From the sequence record PX068456.1: a stretch of 64,000 nt of DNA; one strand, given 5' to 3'. Each line of letters opens with the position of its first letter. Positions within the stretch are counted from its first letter, which is position 1. This document shows, one piece after another, positions 60,558-64,000 of this stretch. The notes beneath the pieces are model-generated. The model had not been told where the DNA came from. It did no database searches and saw only the letters and a list, made by a program, of their open reading frames with translations. Source of the stretch: a phage. Both the position numbers and the translations under genes were made by a program.

Positions 60558-60633
60558 TGGTCAGTGCGGCAGGACTCGAACCTGCGACCCGAAGCATCCA
60601 AAGCTCCCACGCTACCAACTGCGCTACGCACTG
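60558..60633 (-). tRNA. tRNA-Pro(UGG): tRNA-Pro (anticodon TGG)
   Basis: acceptor CAGTGCG/CGCACTG, D arm GCGC-AGTTGGTA-GCGT, anticodon loop TTTGGAT, T arm GCAGG-TTCGAGT-CCTGC. Confidence 0.7.
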
Positions 60634-60640
60634 TAAATAC

Positions 60641-60715
60641 TGGCTGGAGATCTAGGAATCGAACCTAGTCATCACGACTTCAAAGGCCGTTGCCTTCCCA
60701 CTAGGCTAATCTCCA
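60641..60715 (-). tRNA. tRNA-Gln(UUG): tRNA-Gln (anticodon TTG)
   Basis: acceptor TGGAGAT/ATCTCCA, anticodon stem ACGGC/GTCGT loop CTTTGAA, T arm CTAGG-TTCGATT-CCTAG. Confidence 0.7.
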
Positions 60716-60814
60716 ATAAAACTAAAAATCACTTAAAAAGAACCGCTAGAGTTTGAAGGAGAAAACCATGAGCGAAAAGAGAAATTTTCTCTAGCGATTC
60801 CATTTAAATAATCT

Positions 60815-60889
60815 TGGAGCGAGTAACAGGACTTGAACCTGCACCTGGAGGGTGGAAACCTCATATGCTACCATTAACACTATACCCGC
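60815..60889 (-). tRNA. tRNA-Gly(UCC): tRNA-Gly (anticodon TCC)
   Basis: acceptor GCGGGTA/TACTCGC, anticodon loop TTTCCAC, T arm GCAGG-TTCAAGT-CCTGT. Confidence 0.65.
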
Positions 60890-60944
60890 TTAACAATATT
60901 ACTCTAACATATTATTAGCCCCTTTGTCAAGAGGCTTTTGATAT

Positions 60945-61268
60945 TTATTTTAAAATAGTAGATGCACCACGTCTGTTTAGATATGCAATAGTAAAATCCA
61001 AATCACCTATTTCTTCAGGTTCCCACTGACCTTCTAAACCATAACAAGAACAATGATATGCGTGTACTTCATAAAACAAAGATGTTTTCATATCATAAAA
61101 ATAAACGTGAGATTCACCTTCATAATATGCACAATCATAAGTGGCAGAAAGAATTACAATGTTATCCTTATCTAACTCTACTTCATAATATCTTTCAACA
61201 TCTTCAATATCATCAAAACCATCGAAAACATTGATATTAAAATATTTCTCTAACTCTTTTTCTGTCAC
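60945..61268 (-). CDS. hypothetical protein embedded in the tRNA cluster
   Basis: 107-aa ORF between tRNA-Gly and tRNA-Thr. Confidence 0.4.
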   Translation of the reverse strand: MTEKELEKYFNINVFDGFDDIEDVERYYEVELDKDNIVILSATYDCAYYEGESHVYFYDMKTSLFYEVHAYHCSCYGLEGQWEPEEIGDLDFTIAYLNRRGASTILK

Positions 61269-61291
61269 ATATACTCCTTTAGAGTTAAAAT

Positions 61292-61366
61292 TGGTGCTCC
61301 CACAAGGACTCGAACCCTGATAAGTTGCTTACAAGGCAACCGTAATAGCCGTTATACGATAGGAGC
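61292..61366 (-). tRNA. tRNA-Thr(UGU): tRNA-Thr (anticodon TGT)
   Basis: acceptor GCTCCTA/TGGGAGC, anticodon stem GTTGC/GCAAC loop CTTGTAA, T arm CAGGG-TTCGAGT-CCTTG. Confidence 0.7.
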
Positions 61367-61445
61367 AAAATATTTGCTTGGTAGGATTTGATACCTACAA
61401 TTCTAGAAAATTCTAGAGGTTTCTATTAACTCTACAAGCACTATT

Positions 61446-61530
61446 TGGCGATGGATCAAGGATTTGAACCTTGCTAGAACTTTCGTTCACGGATTAACAG
61501 TCCGTCGCCCAACCACTAGGCCAATCCATC
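61446..61530 (-). tRNA. tRNA with Asn anticodon (GTT) but an unusually long, hairpin-forming variable region
   Basis: acceptor GATGGAT/ATCCATC perfect, anticodon arm ACGGA-CTGTTAA-TCCGT, 15-nt variable region GAACGAAAGTTCTAG, T arm CAAGG-TTCAAAT-CCTTG. Confidence 0.5.
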
Positions 61531-61537
61531 TTTAATT

Positions 61538-61623
61538 TGGTGCAGGTAGTTGGACTCGAACCAACGAAGCCCCGAAGGGCAGGAGATTTACAGTCTCCAG
61601 CAATTGCCGCTATGCGATACCTA
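61538..61623 (-). tRNA. tRNA-Tyr(GUA): tRNA-Tyr (anticodon GTA), type II
   Basis: acceptor GTAGGTA/TACCTGC, anticodon stem GGAGA/TCTCC loop CTGTAAA, long variable arm, T arm GTTGG-TTCGAGT-CCAAC. Confidence 0.7.
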
Positions 61624-61629
61624 CGTGTT

Positions 61630-61705
61630 TGGTACATCGTGAAGGATTCGAACCTTCGACCTTGGAGTTAAAAGCCCCTTGCTCTACCAACTAAGCTAAC
61701 GATGT
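61630..61705 (-). tRNA. tRNA-Lys(UUU): tRNA-Lys (anticodon TTT)
   Basis: acceptor ACATCGT/ACGATGT perfect, D arm GCTT-AGTTGGTA-GAGC, anticodon loop CTTTTAA, T arm GAAGG-TTCGAAT-CCTTC. Confidence 0.7.
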
Positions 61706-61838
61706 ATAAATTATCTTTAAAATAGCCAGTGTTTGCGGCACTTGACTATGAAGTATTAGGGTATCGGTAAGATGGTGGAGGCCATCTGCCGAAAGTTTAC
61801 TCTATTAAAGTAAGATTACAAGCTACATTAAAGATAAC

Positions 61839-61924
61839 TTGGCGGTAGATGTAGGACTTGAACCTACACGCCGTTTCCGACGACAGTTTAGCAAACTGTT
61901 GTGGCTACCATTTCACCAATCTAC
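61839..61924 (-). tRNA. tRNA-Ser(GCU): tRNA-Ser (anticodon GCT), type II
   Basis: acceptor GGTAGAT/ATCTACC perfect, anticodon stem ACAGT/ACTGT loop TTGCTAA, long variable arm, T arm GTAGG-TTCAAGT-CCTAC. Confidence 0.7.
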
Positions 61925-61933
61925 CGTTCTTAA

Positions 61934-62086
61934 TTATTCAAAACAACCGGAATCTTTTTGTTCTGCTTTTACCATACGAATATTTTTACCATCTTCAGAT
62001 TGTTGAAGATTAGAATACTCATAAACAACTTTATTATCTACAATCTTAACTCCGGTAACAACCTGTCCAATAGTTTTATAATTCAT
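61934..62086 (-). CDS. hypothetical small protein embedded in the tRNA cluster
   Basis: start moved to internal ATG with AGGAG RBS so that it does not overlap the tRNA-Ser(TGA) gene. Confidence 0.3.
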   Translation of the reverse strand: MNYKTIGQVVTGVKIVDNKVVYEYSNLQQSEDGKNIRMVKAEQKDSGCFE

Positions 62087-62104
62087 AAAGCTCCTAGTTG
62101 AATT

Positions 62105-62194
62105 TGGAGGAAGATAATGGAGTCGAACCATCACCGTATCGCTACAATGGGCCAGGGTTCAAACCTGGTTGCGCACCGCTGCGCCCTACCTTCC
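62105..62194 (-). tRNA. tRNA-Ser(UGA): tRNA-Ser (anticodon TGA), type II
   Basis: acceptor GGAAGGT/ATCTTCC, anticodon stem CCAGG/CCTGG loop TTTGAAC, long variable arm, T arm GATGG-TTCGACT-CCATT. Confidence 0.6.
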
Positions 62195-62257
62195 CGTTAT
62201 CATACTTTAAATCTAACATAAAACTATCTTGCTTGTCAAGTAGTTTTTAAAACTTTT

Positions 62258-62339
62258 TGGTCGGGGTGACAGGATTCGAACCTGCATACTCCAATTACTC
62301 GGTTAACGCCTGATTAGAAGTCAGGTGAGATACACCCCG
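62258..62339 (-). tRNA. atypical tRNA-like gene with Arg anticodon (TCT); no recognisable D arm, 23-nt region between anticodon and T arms
   Basis: acceptor CGGGGTG/CACCCCG perfect, anticodon arm CCTGA-CTTCTAA-TCAGG, T arm GCAGG-TTCGAAT-CCTGT. Confidence 0.45.
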
Positions 62340-62411
62340 TTTTCACAGTAACTATAACAAAAAACTAAGTGAATGTCAAGATATTTTTACTAAAATTATT
62401 ATTTAAATTGA

Positions 62412-62517
62412 AGCCTAGTTATGGAATCGAACCATATTTCGTATTTAGTTAGACAAAGCGGTCTAACATATTTTTCAGGCTTTGATGGCCTCGGAATTAC
62501 CAAATACCCTACTAGGC
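62412..62517 (-). ncRNA. tRNA-like element of ~106 nt (canonical T arm and matching acceptor halves, oversized body)
   Basis: T arm TATGG-TTCGATT-CCATA and perfect acceptor GCCTAGT/ACTAGGC about 100 nt apart; internal 7-bp hairpin GTTAGAC..GTCTAAC; no confident anticodon arm. Confidence 0.25.
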
Positions 62518-62519
62518 GT

Positions 62520-62605
62520 TGGTGCAAGTGGAGGGATTCGAACCCTCAATCATTTAAGCGTTGCGTTTTAAGCACAATGTGTATCACCAATTCCACCACA
62601 CTTGC
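62520..62605 (-). tRNA. tRNA-Leu(UAA): tRNA-Leu (anticodon TAA), type II
   Basis: acceptor GCAAGTG/CACTTGC perfect, anticodon stem TTGTG/CGCAA loop CTTAAAA, long variable arm, T arm GAGGG-TTCGAAT-CCCTC. Confidence 0.7.
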
Positions 62606-62719
62606 ATATAGGAGATGCATAGCACCTCCTTTTAAATGGTGGTTCCCCAGGGTTACAATCCCTGCCCTCGACACTTATGAGGTGTGCGCTCTCGTCAGTG
62701 AGCTATGGAACCTTGAATA

Positions 62720-62986
62720 TTAAGCATACTGGGTCATTTCGCCAGCTTCGCGTTTCTCCAGAAGAACTGTAATCAAAGCAATAGCTGCTTCTTCTTCGTG
62801 AGGCAGCCCCATTTCATCCAGAAGAGCAAGGAAGTCAATTACCAAACTTTCTGTTTTAAGGCTCACGCTACCATTTTCGTTTTCAGTAAGAACTGATTCA
62901 GGTTCAAAAATAAAGATTGCTCCACCTTTATTATCAATCAATACGTGCTTCTCAATCAGTTCTTTACCATAAGTACGTTCTGTCAT
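62720..62986 (-). CDS. hypothetical protein
   Basis: 88-aa ORF. Confidence 0.4.
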   Translation of the reverse strand: MTERTYGKELIEKHVLIDNKGGAIFIFEPESVLTENENGSVSLKTESLVIDFLALLDEMGLPHEEEAAIALITVLLEKREAGEMTQYA

Positions 62987-63166
62987 AGTTTTCTCCTTTT
63001 TGTTTAACTTGTGCTTATCTTAGCAAATAACTAGCTATGTTGTCAACTAGTTTTTACAATATTTTTTCTTGATCTGTAACCTAGTGTATAACCGCATACA
63101 AAAGATACAATAGCAATAAAAACAGATAAGCCAAAAATAATTTCTGTAGACATACTGTTTCCTTAA

Positions 63167-63388
63167 TTATGTGAAATCTAATTCCTCCTCTGGTGCTGTG
63201 TAATTTAGAAGAAGATCAGTTACACTTTGATGTTGATAAACCCTTTCGGGACTGTCATCGAATGCCAAACTTGTACAAATCGAGCATAGATCCGACTCTT
63301 GAATATTACCATTCCTGTCTCTACGGGAATGATTAGTCAAGTGTCTGTTACAGGCTCGGCAACGAAAATAAAAATTATGTTGTTTCAT
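63167..63388 (-). CDS. hypothetical Cys-rich small protein (zinc-finger-like)
   Basis: CRACNRH ... CSIC pairs of cysteines. Confidence 0.4.
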   Translation of the reverse strand: MKQHNFYFRCRACNRHLTNHSRRDRNGNIQESDLCSICTSLAFDDSPERVYQHQSVTDLLLNYTAPEEELDFT

Positions 63389-63459
63389 AAATCCTTCGTG
63401 AAGCCCATCCAGGGCAGTTGTAGGCTCTCCTTACCTTAATCTTATCACGAAGTTTTTAT

Positions 63460-64000
63460 TTAGTCAACCTGGATGGTTCCCATAGTACGAAGAACCTCTA
63501 CGTCAACACGGTTGCGGATATCAGTAAATGTTTCATCACGTCCTTCTACTTGTGGTGTAATAACCTTACCATTCTTGAAGATAACTTGTAACTCATTGTC
63601 TTCATCCTGGATATCTTTAAAAGAAAGATTATCTACAAGAGAAAGATTACCATTGGTATCCTTAACAACCTTAATAAAACCTTTTGCAGAGCGTTTACCA
63701 GGATCAGTTTTAGGCTCCTTACTTACCAAAATTTCGTGTTCACCGATGATGCTACCTGTTGCTTTAACAGCAAAACCAAAAGTATCTCGTGTATTGAACT
63801 GATAAGTATAACTACCAACACCAAATACAATATTGGAAGCTGCAAAACCTTTCTTCTTCAGTCGGCGTAAGATCTCGTGTTCTCGTTCAACAGTAATAGA
63901 ATCACCATAAATCATACCGATATGCTGATCAAGAACCTTGTAGCCTTTTCGGTTGATAGTACCACCAAACACTTCCCAAAGGATTTGAATAGAACCTACT
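63460..64000 (-). CDS. nicotinamide phosphoribosyltransferase (NAMPT/NadV-like), C-terminal part; gene continues beyond the window
   Basis: IVFGVGSYTYQ..TRDTFGFAVKAT..DPGKRSAKG..VIFKNGKV matches the conserved C-terminal region of NAMPT; the in-frame ORF is open to the window edge. Confidence 0.6.
   Translation of the reverse strand, partial: VGSIQILWEVFGGTINRKGYKVLDQHIGMIYGDSITVEREHEILRRLKKKGFAASNIVFGVGSYTYQFNTRDTFGFAVKATGSIIGEHEILVSKEPKTDPGKRSAKGFIKVVKDTNGNLSLVDNLSFKDIQDEDNELQVIFKNGKVITPQVEGRDETFTDIRNRVDVEVLRTMGTIQVD

Noticed and set aside
59699-60668. Plus-strand ORFs (59699-59947, 60076-60312, 60376-60636, 60477-60668) overlapping the tRNA cluster
   Set aside because: They run antisense across multiple tRNA genes, lack RBS motifs and are best explained as chance open frames.
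60716-60814. Inverted repeat CTAGAG...CTCTAG with a tiny 8-codon ORF
   Set aside because: Too short to call a gene and not a tRNA; possibly a processing site, but nothing supports a specific function.
61379-61446. T-arm-like sequence GTAGGATTTGATACCTAC suggesting another tRNA
   Set aside because: No complementary acceptor halves or anticodon arm could be found around it; the loop is not TTC-type.
62421-62723. Plus-strand 100-aa ORF
   Set aside because: Overlaps tRNA-Leu(TAA) and the tRNA-like element on the opposite strand; no RBS; likely spurious.
1-64000. CRISPR arrays, integrase/recombinase, transposase or attachment-site repeats
   Set aside because: No direct-repeat/spacer periodicity and no integrase- or transposase-like ORF was seen; the window looks like a strictly lytic phage genome segment.

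Overview
The window reads as a ~64 kb slice of a virulent, tRNA-rich tailed phage genome (AT-rich, no integrase, no CRISPR), probably a myovirus given the sheath/tube/baseplate-like gene order. All calls rest on reading the supplied ORF translations and the DNA by eye; no searches were run. Layout: (1) 1-20.6 kb, plus strand, an early/replication module: a tellurite-resistance-like (Ter) gene set (TerC, TelA-like, vWA, TerD), a secreted SleB-like cell-wall hydrolase, three glycosyltransferase-like genes (two are tandem paralogs), primase-helicase, family-A DNA polymerase, a CCA-adding-enzyme-like mini nucleotidyltransferase, SSB and a DNA methyltransferase. (2) A convergent terminator at ~20.6 kb. 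(3) 20.6-59.4 kb, minus strand, the structural/packaging module: at least four receptor-binding proteins, baseplate-like genes, tape measure, tube, sheath, neck, capsid, scaffold, portal, a large terminase interrupted by a mini-intein in its P-loop, and an overlapped spanin pair. (4) 59.8-62.6 kb, a minus-strand cluster of about 17-18 tRNA genes, several with atypical architecture. (5) At the right edge, the 3' part of a nicotinamide phosphoribosyltransferase gene. The most interesting candidates are the phage-borne Ter-like module, the terminase intein, the mini nucleotidyltransferase next to the tRNA cluster, the glycosyltransferase trio and the unusual tRNAs.
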